63,179 bases of DNA from Candidatus Aenigmatarchaeota archaeon (GTDB lineage Archaea > Aenigmatarchaeota > Aenigmatarchaeia > CG10238-14): positions 70,449-133,627 of the forward strand of contig JAHLMM010000001.1 of the NCBI GenBank assembly GCA_018920365.1, read 5' to 3'. The position numbers and the translations under genes are program-made. Positions 19,075 through 28,636 of this stretch are shown here, piece by piece. Below the pieces are notes generated by a model that was not told the DNA's origin, did not search any database, and saw nothing but the letters and a program-made list of their open reading frames with translations. The stretch's first letter is position 1, and each line of letters opens with the position of its first letter.

Positions 19075-19926
19075 TTGAAATTCATTATAGTTTTAATGAT
19101 GTATGTAAAAAAATTTGATGGCAGCAGGCAGGTTTTTGATAAAAAGAAGATTTACAGAACATGTATAAGAATTGGAGCAAATGAACAACAAGCAAATGAA
19201 ATAGTAAATAAAGTAAGCAGTAAAATTTACAATGGCATAACAACAAAACAAATATTGGATTTAATTTTTAATGAAATGAACAAGTTCAAGTCAGGTTTTG
19301 CTAAAAGGATTGATCTGCGTCAATCCATAAGTATGCTTGACCCAAAACCAGATTTTGAAATCTTTTCATCACTAATACTCAAAGAGCTTGGTTATAAAAT
19401 AAAAAACAATCTAATAATAAGCGGAAAGTGCGTTGAACATGAAATTGATATTGTTGCGATGAAAAATGACAAAACATTATACGTTGAAGTTAAACACCAT
19501 CAAAACCCACATGCATACACAGGTCTTGATATTTTTCTTCAAGCAAATTCCACATTTCAAAGCCTGAAAGATGGATTTGCCTTGAAAAAGAATAGAATTG
19601 ATTTTAATGATGTGTTGATAATATGTAATACAAAAATTTCTGATCATGCTAAAAAATATGCGGATTGCATGCATATAAACTATCTTTGTTGGAATTACCC
19701 TGATGGTGGCTTGGAAAGATTGGTTGAAGAAAAAAAACTATATCCAATAACAATAATAAAAGACTTGGATGATCAAACGAGAAAAAAATTAACTGGGAAT
19801 GGAATTATCATTCTTAAACAAATTGTAGAATCCAATTTAAAAGATGTTTCAAGAAAAGCAAAAATAGGGCTAAGCAAGCTAGAAGAAATAAAAGAGGATG
19901 CACTCAAAATATTGCAAATCGTTTAG
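19075..19926 (+). CDS. ATP-cone plus restriction-endonuclease-like (PD-D/ExK) protein
   Basis: VKKFDGSRQ.FD..KI ATP cone; HEIDIVA...VEVKHH; likely start at MMYVKK. Confidence 0.8.
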   Translation: MKFIIVLMMYVKKFDGSRQVFDKKKIYRTCIRIGANEQQANEIVNKVSSKIYNGITTKQILDLIFNEMNKFKSGFAKRIDLRQSISMLDPKPDFEIFSSLILKELGYKIKNNLIISGKCVEHEIDIVAMKNDKTLYVEVKHHQNPHAYTGLDIFLQANSTFQSLKDGFALKKNRIDFNDVLIICNTKISDHAKKYADCMHINYLCWNYPDGGLERLVEEKKLYPITIIKDLDDQTRKKLTGNGIIILKQIVESNLKDVSRKAKIGLSKLEEIKEDALKILQIV

Positions 19927-21277
19927 TGTTTTTATATAAAAGCAATGATTTCAATGCTTTAACTGCTCTTTCTGGCGAAGGATAAACAGGTATTCCTTCT
20001 TTCATTAACATCATGTTTTGTGTTTGTGAAAAGTTGCTTCCAACAGAGCATACTGCAATAGGTTTTTTGAATTTTTTAGCTTCTTTAATGTAATTTACAA
20101 CTTTCTCTGATAAAGTTGGTACTTGGAAAAGAGATATTATTAAAACTAAATCATATTCGTTTGATGAAAGGCATGCGTTTATTGCTGTTTTATATCTTTC
20201 TGCATCAGCATCGCCTGTAAGATCTATTGGGTTTTTTAAGCTTACATATCCAGGCATTTTTGATTTTAATTTTGATTTTAACATTTCAGATGGCTCTGGT
20301 AAAGCAAATCCTAATCTTTCAGCTTCGTCTGTAGCAAGAACACCAAAACCGCCGCCGTCAGTGATTATTGCTAAACGATTTGATTTTGGCAATGATTGTG
20401 TTGAAAGCATCATCGCATAATCCTGAAGCTCTTCCCAGTTTGATGCTTCTAAAATACCGGATTGTTTAAAGGCTGCTGAATAAATTTGTGCCTGTCCTGC
20501 TAAAGAACCTGTGTGAGAAGAGACTGCTTGCATGCCTTTTGAGCTTTTTCCAGCTTTCAAAACTATTACAGGTTTTTTTCTTGTAACTTTCTTTGCTACC
20601 TTCATAAACTTTGAACCGTTGTCCTTAAGTCCTTCTAAGTAAGCTATTATAACTTTTGTTTTGTTATCCTTACCAAGAAACTCTATTAGATCTGTTTCAG
20701 TAACATCCATACCATTGCCATATGAAACGAATTTGCTTATTCCTATTTTGTTTTCATAAAAAACATCTAATATTGTTGAACCAACTGCACCTGATTGAGT
20801 GATGAAAGAAATATTGCCTTTGGCAGGACGCATACATCTCTCTCTTGATAAAAACAAAGTATCCACACCCGAATAAGCATCGTAAATGCCTATGCAATTT
20901 GGTCCTATAACTCTTGTTTTTGTTTTTTGTAAAATTTGCTTTAATTCATCTTCAAGTTTTTTTCCTTCTTCACCTGTTTCTGAAAATCCTGATGTAATGA
21001 TGACAACTGATTTAACTTTTTTTTTGATGCATTCAGACAATGCTTGCAAAACCGATTTGACAGGAATAATTATAACAGCGAGATCTATGTCATCTTTAAC
21101 GTCTAAAACTGATTTGTAGCATTTTCTTCCCAAGATTTCATCTGCATTTGGGTTTATTGGGTACAAATGCTTGAAGTTATTGTTAACAAAATTCGAGAAG
21201 ACTATATATCCAAGTTTGTTTGGGTCGCGAGAAGCACCTATGACAGCGACTGATTTTGGCGAAAAAAATGTTTGCAT
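19904..21277 (-). CDS. acdA: ADP-forming acetate/acyl-CoA synthetase alpha subunit
   Basis: SVAVIGAS, GPNCIG, QSGAVG, SHTGSLAG, NPIDLTGDA. Confidence 0.92.
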   Translation of the reverse strand: MQTFFSPKSVAVIGASRDPNKLGYIVFSNFVNNNFKHLYPINPNADEILGRKCYKSVLDVKDDIDLAVIIIPVKSVLQALSECIKKKVKSVVIITSGFSETGEEGKKLEDELKQILQKTKTRVIGPNCIGIYDAYSGVDTLFLSRERCMRPAKGNISFITQSGAVGSTILDVFYENKIGISKFVSYGNGMDVTETDLIEFLGKDNKTKVIIAYLEGLKDNGSKFMKVAKKVTRKKPVIVLKAGKSSKGMQAVSSHTGSLAGQAQIYSAAFKQSGILEASNWEELQDYAMMLSTQSLPKSNRLAIITDGGGFGVLATDEAERLGFALPEPSEMLKSKLKSKMPGYVSLKNPIDLTGDADAERYKTAINACLSSNEYDLVLIISLFQVPTLSEKVVNYIKEAKKFKKPIAVCSVGSNFSQTQNMMLMKEGIPVYPSPERAVKALKSLLLYKNTKRFAIF

Positions 21278-21295
21278 ATAATTATTTTGTATGGC

Positions 21296-21895
21296 TTAAA
21301 ATATAATATCGTCTTTTGTCAACCTTATCTTCTTTCTAGGCTTGTCATTAGCATAACCTATTGGACAAAGCACTGTTGGGATAAGATTTTTTGGTAATTT
21401 CAGTATTTTGCTATATTCTTTTGGATCAAAACCTTCCATTGGACAAGCATCAAAACCCAAAGCCTTTGCACCATTTAAAGCATTGGAAAGTGCGATATAG
21501 ACTTGGTTTTGAGCCCAAACTATAATTTCTTCTTTACTTAATGATTTCAAGAATGATTTCACCATTTTTGAATATGCGTTCGCTTTGTCTTTTTCAACTC
21601 CTTCTTTTATCATCAATTCTGCTATTTTGTCAACATTTTTTTCAACATCTATATCAGCACATAAAACAAACAAATGAGAGCATGTTTCAACTTGAGGTTG
21701 ATTGTAGGAAGCTGACATCAATTTTTTCTTTGTCTCATCATCCTCTATTATCTTTATCTTCCATGGCTGAACATTATATGATGACGGAGTCATTCTTATT
21801 ATTTCAATGAGTCTATCAACAAGCTCTTTTGGTATTTTTCTTTTATCAAAAGATTTTGCTGCATACCTTTCTTTTACTATTCTTTCAAATTCCAT
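21296..21895 (-). CDS. Nitroreductase family oxidoreductase
   Basis: RYAAKSFD, PSSYNVQPW, ACPMEGFD. Confidence 0.92.
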   Translation of the reverse strand: MEFERIVKERYAAKSFDKRKIPKELVDRLIEIIRMTPSSYNVQPWKIKIIEDDETKKKLMSASYNQPQVETCSHLFVLCADIDVEKNVDKIAELMIKEGVEKDKANAYSKMVKSFLKSLSKEEIIVWAQNQVYIALSNALNGAKALGFDACPMEGFDPKEYSKILKLPKNLIPTVLCPIGYANDKPRKKIRLTKDDIIF

Positions 21896-21945
21896 ATTAA
21901 CACCTATGTTGTATTAGAATTTCAGCTTATATAAATTTGGCTTAA

Positions 21946-22848
21946 TTATACTCTTTCAAGAGTTTCACTTTTTGTCTTAATTGAAAAGTAAGAGCCAACC
22001 AAAATCAAAAATGAACCAAAGAGCTGAAGATATGTGAAATCTTCATTAAGCAAAATTATACCTAAAAGCAAAGATATCACTGGCGAAATTAAAAGAAATG
22101 TTGTTGCTTTTGAGACATTTATCAGTCTTATGCTTGAATACCAGAAAAATACATAGCTGAATAGTGTGAGTGTTGATATAAGTATGTTTCTGACTTGAAT
22201 AAAATCAAGCTGTGCTATCATTGTCAATTTACCTGTTAATGTTACAAGCCCAAATAATATAAGGCCGCCGAAAAACATTCTTGAAAATGAAACGATGAAA
22301 TTATGTAAACCTTGATTCATGACTTTTTTGGCTATAATATTTTCAACTGCCCATAGAAATGTTGCTGTTATTACAAGCAAATCACCTGTTTTTGGATCTT
22401 GCCATAGTTGGGATGGTTTTATCTGGCCATAATATATTGAGATTGTGCCTAAAAACATCAAGAAAATCGCTATCATTAGCTTTTTGTCTATCTTCTCTTT
22501 TAGGAATATGAATGAAAGCAATGCAACATATAATGGTAGTGTTTTATGAAGGAACGCTGCCCTGCCGCCTGTCGTCATTTTCAATCCACTAAAATAGATG
22601 TAGAAAGCTAAAGCACCGCCTATTAAAGCTATCAAAAGCAAATTTGGCAATTTTGTTTTGAATTTTTTGTCAATTTTTCTTGCTGAAAGTGATATGAAAA
22701 GGAAAACAATTCCAATTATAATTGATCTTATTGCCGTAAATATCAAAGGATCTATGTTTACAATAAATATTTTGTTTAATGGTATTGCTATACCACTTAT
22801 TATTGCAGTTATTATCGCAAAAATAGTGCCCAAAGTTTCCTTTTTCAT
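21946..22848 (-). CDS. EamA/DMT family transporter
   Basis: About 10 TM helices in two repeats. Confidence 0.88.
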   Translation of the reverse strand: MKKETLGTIFAIITAIISGIAIPLNKIFIVNIDPLIFTAIRSIIIGIVFLFISLSARKIDKKFKTKLPNLLLIALIGGALAFYIYFSGLKMTTGGRAAFLHKTLPLYVALLSFIFLKEKIDKKLMIAIFLMFLGTISIYYGQIKPSQLWQDPKTGDLLVITATFLWAVENIIAKKVMNQGLHNFIVSFSRMFFGGLILFGLVTLTGKLTMIAQLDFIQVRNILISTLTLFSYVFFWYSSIRLINVSKATTFLLISPVISLLLGIILLNEDFTYLQLFGSFLILVGSYFSIKTKSETLERV

Positions 22849-22851
22849 TGT

Positions 22852-23358
22852 CTATAATATTGGTTTGCTTTTTAAAATATTTTTTAGATTTGTTTTATCA
22901 ATTTTTTCAGAAATAAAATCATAATGTACTGAAACAGTATCACCTGGTTTTATGTTATTCACAAAATCTGTTCTGTATTCTGATATACCAAAAGGTGTTT
23001 TGACTCTTGCCTTACCTTGGCTGACTGATAGAACTTTGCCTATTTTTATTTTGCATTGGATTGGATTGAAATCTTTCATTTCTTCAAATCTTGCATCAAC
23101 AATTTTGTCATGATCAATCAAATAGTATTGATGAATGACTTGCTCGTCTATTTCATTTTTGCCCATTTTTGATGCTATTATTTCTAGCATTCTGTTAGCA
23201 ACCAAAAAATGCTTTTCAAACCCATCAATGTTTTTGCCTTCAGAAAAATCTTTTATTGTTTTATCTAAATCTTGCTGTTTTAATTTGCCTCTTTTGACAA
23301 ATGTTTGTGCACATGGCAATGCATAACAGAAATACAGCCTTTTATCTTTTATTTTCAT
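22852..23358 (-). CDS. DUF6390-like protein with C-terminal HypC-like domain
   Basis: YFCYALPC, V.HQYY...H, CKI..GKV, PGDTVSVHYDF.SEKI. Confidence 0.65.
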   Translation of the reverse strand: MKIKDKRLYFCYALPCAQTFVKRGKLKQQDLDKTIKDFSEGKNIDGFEKHFLVANRMLEIIASKMGKNEIDEQVIHQYYLIDHDKIVDARFEEMKDFNPIQCKIKIGKVLSVSQGKARVKTPFGISEYRTDFVNNIKPGDTVSVHYDFISEKIDKTNLKNILKSKPIL

Positions 23359-23533
23359 TGCAAACCACGTCTTCTTCAGCTTTGTCAATTATATAATCTG
23401 CTGCACAAATGACAAGATCGTCTTTTTTTATTTTCACAAATGGATTTTTCATTGAATGAATTTTGCCGTCTATTTCAACCTTTGCTTTATCTTTTTCAAC
23501 TGATAAAACTCTGCCTATTATTTGTTGGCACAT
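23342..23533 (-). CDS. HypC/HupF-like small protein
   Basis: MCQQIIGRVLSV....AKVEIDG...K.DDLVI. Confidence 0.7.
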   Translation of the reverse strand: MCQQIIGRVLSVEKDKAKVEIDGKIHSMKNPFVKIKKDDLVICAADYIIDKAEEDVVCNENKR

Positions 23534-23614
23534 GAAAAAAGAATTTGTGAAGAAAATATAAATCTTTTAATAACATTTATTAATTTTATTGTCATTTAAT
23601 TTGAAGTTATAGAA

Positions 23615-24157
23615 ATGACGAGAAAACTTTCATGGATAAATCCAAAGGTTGAAGTAAGAAATTCTGGAATAAATGGCAGAGGGTTATTTGCAAAAGATAG
23701 AATAAATAAGGGTGAAATAATAACAGTTTCTGGAGGAAGAATTGTTGATGAGGAAGAATATAAAAAATTGAAAAACCAAAAAAAAGAATTTTTTATGACA
23801 TACTCCACACCAGTAGCGGATGGGTTCTATATTATTTCTGGGTTTAGTCATAAAAGCTTAGAGCCTGATGATTTTTACAATCATAGCTGCGCACCTAATT
23901 GTGGCTTGGGTGGTCATTTAGTAATAACTGCATTAAGAGATATAGAAAAAGATGAAGAATTAACTTTGGATTATGGAACTTTTGAAGACGATGAGGATTA
24001 TAAGTTAATCTGCAATTGCGGCAGCCCGGAGTGCAGAAAAATAATAACAGGTAAAGACTGGATGAAACCAGAGTTGCAGAAAAAATATAATGGATATTTT
24101 ATCTGGCATTTGCAACAAAAAATAAATTCCATGAACAATGGCCATGAAAAAGAATAG
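23615..24157 (+). CDS. SET-domain lysine methyltransferase with post-SET motif
   Basis: GRGLFA, NHSCAPN, EELTLDY, C.CGSPECR. Confidence 0.92.
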   Translation: MTRKLSWINPKVEVRNSGINGRGLFAKDRINKGEIITVSGGRIVDEEEYKKLKNQKKEFFMTYSTPVADGFYIISGFSHKSLEPDDFYNHSCAPNCGLGGHLVITALRDIEKDEELTLDYGTFEDDEDYKLICNCGSPECRKIITGKDWMKPELQKKYNGYFIWHLQQKINSMNNGHEKE

Positions 24158-24187
24158 ATTTTTATTGGTTTCAACAAAATATTATTC

Positions 24188-24391
24188 ATGCCTGTTAAAA
24201 AGGAATTGCTAGAAATTTTAGCATGCCCAAAATGCAAAGGAGATGTTGAGGAAAAAGAAATGTTTTTATTGTGTAAAAAATGCAAGTTGGCATTTCCAGT
24301 TATAGAAAATATACCTGACATGCTGTTAGATGATGCTTGGAAGATTAGCAAAGCTGAAAAGAATGAATACAAACACAATCTAAAACTTTAA
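24188..24391 (+). CDS. Trm112 family methyltransferase activator
   Basis: LLEILACPKCKG...C..C..AFPV.ENIP.ML. Confidence 0.9.
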   Translation: MPVKKELLEILACPKCKGDVEEKEMFLLCKKCKLAFPVIENIPDMLLDDAWKISKAEKNEYKHNLKL

Positions 24392-25419
24392 TAGTTTTCA
24401 ATGTCTTTCATATCTATGCTTATATTTTTCTTATAGATGATTTTATTTTGCTCCTCTATTTTTTTCAGGCTCCATTCCCATGTCTGCTGATCTCTAACCA
24501 TAATTATTACTCTGCTTACTTTGTCTATGGATTTGATGATATAGCCGGTATGTTTTGATATGGCATCTGCAAAATCTTTCAACTCATCAAGTGATGGCAT
24601 ATTTTCTTTCTTTAATCTGAATTTTGATTCGCCCAAATGTGAATATCCTTTTAATTCAACAAAATGCGGTTTTGCCATGTTTATTAACTTTGAATAGCCT
24701 TCGGGGTCTTTCATATTCAAGTCTTTGACCATTGTCATTCTGAAAACTGTCCTAGCATGCTTGAAATCTTTCATTAGTTTTAAGCTCTCATTAACTCTCT
24801 CCCATTCATCTGGTAAAAACGAATTTGTGACAACCTTGTAATCTTCTTTGTTTGTTGCATATACGCTTATGTAAATGTTTGTGGGTTCTGCATCTTTTTC
24901 TATCAGCTCTTTTAATCTATGAGGCATTGTTCCATTTGTTACAAGAAACGCTGTCATGCCTCTTGATTTTATTTCTTTTATCAAACCAACCATGTCAGGA
25001 TATAAAGTTGGTTCGCCGTCAAGGCTAATCGCTACATGCACAGGTTTTTTTGCTTCATTCCACAATTCTCTTTTTGTTTTTGGATTTCCGCCAAAACCTG
25101 ACAGCAATTCTATTTGTGCATCTATTATAGCGTCAACAATCTCTTTTGGTGAATCCCATTTGCTTTCTGTCTTGAATCTTTCAGGACCAAAAGTACGCCA
25201 GCAGAATTTGCATGAAAAAGGACAAAAGTCAAGCGTCGGTGTCATCTGCACGCATCTATGCGACCTTATGCCATAAACTGCTTTGTAGCAATTCCTGCCA
25301 CCTCTTAAAACAGATTTTGTCCATCTGCATATTTCAACTCCTGTATGCTTGTTGCTTCCGACTATTCTATAGCCTGCTTTTTTGTATTTCTTGAGCCTAT
25401 CTTCTGTGAACTTGGGCAT
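24388..25419 (-). CDS. taw1: 4-demethylwyosine synthase (radical SAM)
   Basis: C.WTK, YGI.SHRC.QMTP, CPFSCKFCWR, AISLDGEPTLYP. Confidence 0.93.
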   Translation of the reverse strand: MPKFTEDRLKKYKKAGYRIVGSNKHTGVEICRWTKSVLRGGRNCYKAVYGIRSHRCVQMTPTLDFCPFSCKFCWRTFGPERFKTESKWDSPKEIVDAIIDAQIELLSGFGGNPKTKRELWNEAKKPVHVAISLDGEPTLYPDMVGLIKEIKSRGMTAFLVTNGTMPHRLKELIEKDAEPTNIYISVYATNKEDYKVVTNSFLPDEWERVNESLKLMKDFKHARTVFRMTMVKDLNMKDPEGYSKLINMAKPHFVELKGYSHLGESKFRLKKENMPSLDELKDFADAISKHTGYIIKSIDKVSRVIIMVRDQQTWEWSLKKIEEQNKIIYKKNISIDMKDIENY

Positions 25420-25482
25420 GTTTTTTAATTTGAGTAAAGAAATTTAAAGCATTTTATTATTTATATCATAAATAGTATTTGT

Positions 25483-25630
25483 GCCAAGGTGGCAGAACCA
25501 GGTAATGCACCGGACTTGAGTCGTGTTCCGATGTGGAAGATGGCTTGACCCTGATTAATGATGTCAAGGAGGTGAACCGAAGGAAATCCGGCGGGCTTTG
25601 CCCTTCAGGGTTCAAATCCCTGCCTTGGCG
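25483..25630 (+). tRNA. tRNA-Ser(TGA) with 65-nt intron (25521-25585) at 37/38
   Basis: Acceptor GCCAAGG/CCTTGGC with G73; CCGGA-CTTGAG|A-TCCGG; long variable arm GGGC-TTT-GCCC; BHB-like junction. Confidence 0.92.
25521..25585 (+). ncRNA. Putative intron-encoded box C/D guide sRNA
   Basis: Degenerate C box (25531-25540), guide, D' CTGA (25551), C' ATGATGT (25558), 12-nt guide, D-like CCGA (25577). Confidence 0.6.
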
Positions 25631-25675
25631 TTTTGATAAAATAAAACTACTGTTGGTATAAAAATATGAAGAGAT

Positions 25676-26998
25676 CTAAGCAATAAACGCAGTCTTCAAC
25701 TCAATCAGCAATAAAATCAATAAACAAACAGGTGCGACAAATCTTACAATCAAAAGAAAAACGTCTCTTTCAACAAACTTGTCCAATTTTCTGCTTATTT
25801 TCTCAAGCTCTATGTCAACTTCTTGTAAGAAGCTTCTAGTATTCCAATTCCATGAAACAATCAATGATACAGCTATTGAGGATAATATCAATAAAAGGCC
25901 ACCAAAAATAAAATCAAACTTTTCAAGCAAACTTATTTCTTGCAGCATTATTCCGCTGTAATTCAAAGATATTATTGTTGATATTACAGCTAAAACAAAA
26001 AAATTAATCAATGATGATTTTTTCCTGCTAAAACCAAATTCTTCAATAAAAGTTGAAACAACAACCTCTTTCATTGATATTGCTGATGTCAAACCTGCTA
26101 TGAAAAGTAGCAAGAAAAACAATGGCTGTATGATTGATCCAAATTTTATTGTTGAAAATATTTTTGGCATTACTTCAAAAGCTAGCTTTGAACCAGAGCT
26201 TATTTCTTGTTGGTTTGAATACACAAAACCAAAAATAACCATTCCGTTCAACAAAGCAGTCATGACAACAGACAGTGCAATTATTATAGATGAAGATGGT
26301 ATATTTTCCTTTTTACTCAAATAGCTCCCATATGTTATCATTATTCCTGTGCCTAAAGATAACGAGAATAAAGCTTGACTTGCAGCAAACAAAAGTATTT
26401 TAGGATCTAACTGCTTTGAAAAGTCTATCTTAAAATAGTACCCGATACCTTCAATTCCTTTTGGAAATGTCAATATGAAAATAAACATGACAAGCAGTAT
26501 AGCAAAAAAGAGTGGCATGAATATTTTTGAAAACTTTTCAATCCCATTCTCTATACCTAAATAAACTATAACAGAAGTCATCAGTAACGAGAATACTGTA
26601 GAAATAGTTGGTATAACTGAATGGCTGTAAGAATTAAAATCTATTTTCATCACCAGAGATGACTGAACAAAGTAGCCGAAAACCCATCCAACGATCACAA
26701 TGTAATATGATAAAGTGAAAAAGTTGACTATTATTGGCAATAATCCAATCCATTTGAATTTTTTGTTCAAACTGGAAAAAACAGCAATAACAGATCCTCT
26801 GAATTTTCTACCGCTTGCAAATTCCAAAAACATTAAAGGCAAGCCTATTATTACTACTGCAATTATGTATGCTAACAAAAAGCTGCTGCCACCATATTGG
26901 TTGAATATATAGGGGAATCTCCATATGCTACCTAAACCAACAGCTGAACCAATAGATGCAAAAAGAAAACCTATTTTGCTTTTCCATTCTTCACGCAT
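25676..26998 (-). CDS. Sodium-dependent transporter (NSS/SNF family)
   Basis: REEW.S..GF..A.IGSAVGLG.IWRFPY, Q..FSLSLG.G.MITYGSY. Confidence 0.93.
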   Translation of the reverse strand: MREEWKSKIGFLFASIGSAVGLGSIWRFPYIFNQYGGSSFLLAYIIAVVIIGLPLMFLEFASGRKFRGSVIAVFSSLNKKFKWIGLLPIIVNFFTLSYYIVIVGWVFGYFVQSSLVMKIDFNSYSHSVIPTISTVFSLLMTSVIVYLGIENGIEKFSKIFMPLFFAILLVMFIFILTFPKGIEGIGYYFKIDFSKQLDPKILLFAASQALFSLSLGTGIMITYGSYLSKKENIPSSSIIIALSVVMTALLNGMVIFGFVYSNQQEISSGSKLAFEVMPKIFSTIKFGSIIQPLFFLLLFIAGLTSAISMKEVVVSTFIEEFGFSRKKSSLINFFVLAVISTIISLNYSGIMLQEISLLEKFDFIFGGLLLILSSIAVSLIVSWNWNTRSFLQEVDIELEKISRKLDKFVERDVFLLIVRFVAPVCLLILLLIELKTAFIA

Positions 26999-27027
26999 TA
27001 AATAATATTAGCTGAATTTGCTATAAA

Positions 27028-27567
27028 TCATTTTTTCATTCCAACAAAACTTATCATCAATATAATGATGAAAGCAGTTAAAGCCATCAAAGGTATTGTG
27101 ACAAAATCAAAATATATGAAATAGTCAACTAGGCATGAAACTGAACCTATTTCACAAAAATTGGAATCATAATTTTGCAAAGACAATCTTGATATGTTAT
27201 GATAAGTTGAAATAGAAAGACCTAACAATGCTAGAGGAATTATATAAATAAAGGGTTTTTGTTTTTTCACTATTCCTGTTAATGCTATTATTGAGATGGG
27301 ATACATAAATATTCTCTGATACCAGCATAAATTGCATGGATCATATCCAGCTATTTCAGAGAAAAACAGACTACCTAGAGTCGCTACAGTAGAAATAATC
27401 AAAACAATTTTTACTGAGTTTTTCCATAAAAATGTTCTGAACTCTTCTATTTTTGTTATTTTGACTTTTTTTCTCAATATTGAGTAAAAAGAAAATAATA
27501 TTATGAATATTATGCTGGTCACAGTAAGCATGGAGAGCAAATAGTTTACATTATAAACCAAATCCAT
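27028..27567 (-). CDS. Disulfide bond formation protein DsbB/BdbC family
   Basis: PCNLCWYQRIFMYP and a second Cys pair. Confidence 0.9.
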   Translation of the reverse strand: MDLVYNVNYLLSMLTVTSIIFIILFSFYSILRKKVKITKIEEFRTFLWKNSVKIVLIISTVATLGSLFFSEIAGYDPCNLCWYQRIFMYPISIIALTGIVKKQKPFIYIIPLALLGLSISTYHNISRLSLQNYDSNFCEIGSVSCLVDYFIYFDFVTIPLMALTAFIIILMISFVGMKK

Positions 27568-27658
27568 GACAAGATTATAACAGAATAGGATTTAAATCTA
27601 TGTGAAAATCATAAGTTAGCATAAGTTTTTAATATTTGTCATTTTAATTTAATTTGAT

Positions 27659-28621
27659 ATGAAACACAAAGAAAAACATTCTGAGTCTAGAAAAGAAAGA
27701 AACTGGTGGATGTATTCTACTGTTTTGCTTTCTGTTGTAGTAATAGCACTAGTCGTAATATTTTTAAAGCCAACAAGCCCTCAGAGAGTTGGAAATATTG
27801 TTGTTTCTTATATAAATGAAAATCTTGTTCAAGATGCAGATAAAGCTACGCTGTCATCTGTTACTGAAGAGGCTGGAATGTATAAAGTTATAACAATTTA
27901 TAAGGGTCAAGAAATACCTGTTTATGCATCAAAAGATGGTAAGTTTTTATTCTTGTCTCAACCTCTAGACATGAGTCAAACATTGCCAAAGAATGAAGAT
28001 TCAACAACAGGAACTTTTGATGCGCCTGATAGCAATAAACCACAAGTAGACCTTTATGTAATGTCTTTCTGTCCATATGGTGTTCAAGCAGAAAATACAA
28101 TGAAGCCTGTGTTTGATTTATTGAAAAATAAAGCTGACTTTAATATATGGTTTATAGCTAATGTAGGTGGCGACACTGTTGATTCTATTCAATCACTTCA
28201 TGGAAAAACAGAAGCAATGGAAGATTTAAGACAAATATGTGTAATGAAGAATTATGATAAAACAACACTATGGAATTATATAATTGAAGTAAATGCAAAT
28301 TGCTACTCTTTGTATAGAGATGAAAAGGCTTTGGATACATGTTGGAGAAATGCAGCAAAGAAATTCAATATAAATGAAAAATTAATAGATGACTGCTCAA
28401 AGAGTAAAGAAGCTGTGGAAATAATGAAGCAACATGAAGCAAGAGTTAATCAGTTTGGTGTTAGAGGATCGCCAACATTAATAATAAATGGCGCCACTTA
28501 TAATGGTGCTAGAACACCTGATTCATTCAAACAAGCTATATGTTCAGGATTTGCAACCAAACCAACAGAATGTTCGCAAACCTTAGAAAGCAATACAGCA
28601 ACTGTTTCTGGATCATGCTAA
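27659..28621 (+). CDS. Membrane-anchored DsbA/thioredoxin-fold protein
   Basis: TM helix, MSFCPYG, SLHG..E, GSPTLIING. Confidence 0.8.
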   Translation: MKHKEKHSESRKERNWWMYSTVLLSVVVIALVVIFLKPTSPQRVGNIVVSYINENLVQDADKATLSSVTEEAGMYKVITIYKGQEIPVYASKDGKFLFLSQPLDMSQTLPKNEDSTTGTFDAPDSNKPQVDLYVMSFCPYGVQAENTMKPVFDLLKNKADFNIWFIANVGGDTVDSIQSLHGKTEAMEDLRQICVMKNYDKTTLWNYIIEVNANCYSLYRDEKALDTCWRNAAKKFNINEKLIDDCSKSKEAVEIMKQHEARVNQFGVRGSPTLIINGATYNGARTPDSFKQAICSGFATKPTECSQTLESNTATVSGSC

Positions 28622-28636
28622 TTATAAATATTTTTT

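Noticed and set aside
22852-23533. Evidence for a [NiFe]-hydrogenase
   Set aside because: Only HypC-like domains are present; no hydrogenase subunits or other hyp genes in the window.
25566-25575. AAGGAGGTGA as a ribosome-binding site
   Set aside because: It lies inside a tRNA intron and no start codon follows at a suitable spacing.
25483-25630. tRNA-Sec or suppressor tRNA
   Set aside because: The anticodon is TGA (reads UCA, Ser), not TCA, and the acceptor stem is a normal 7 bp.
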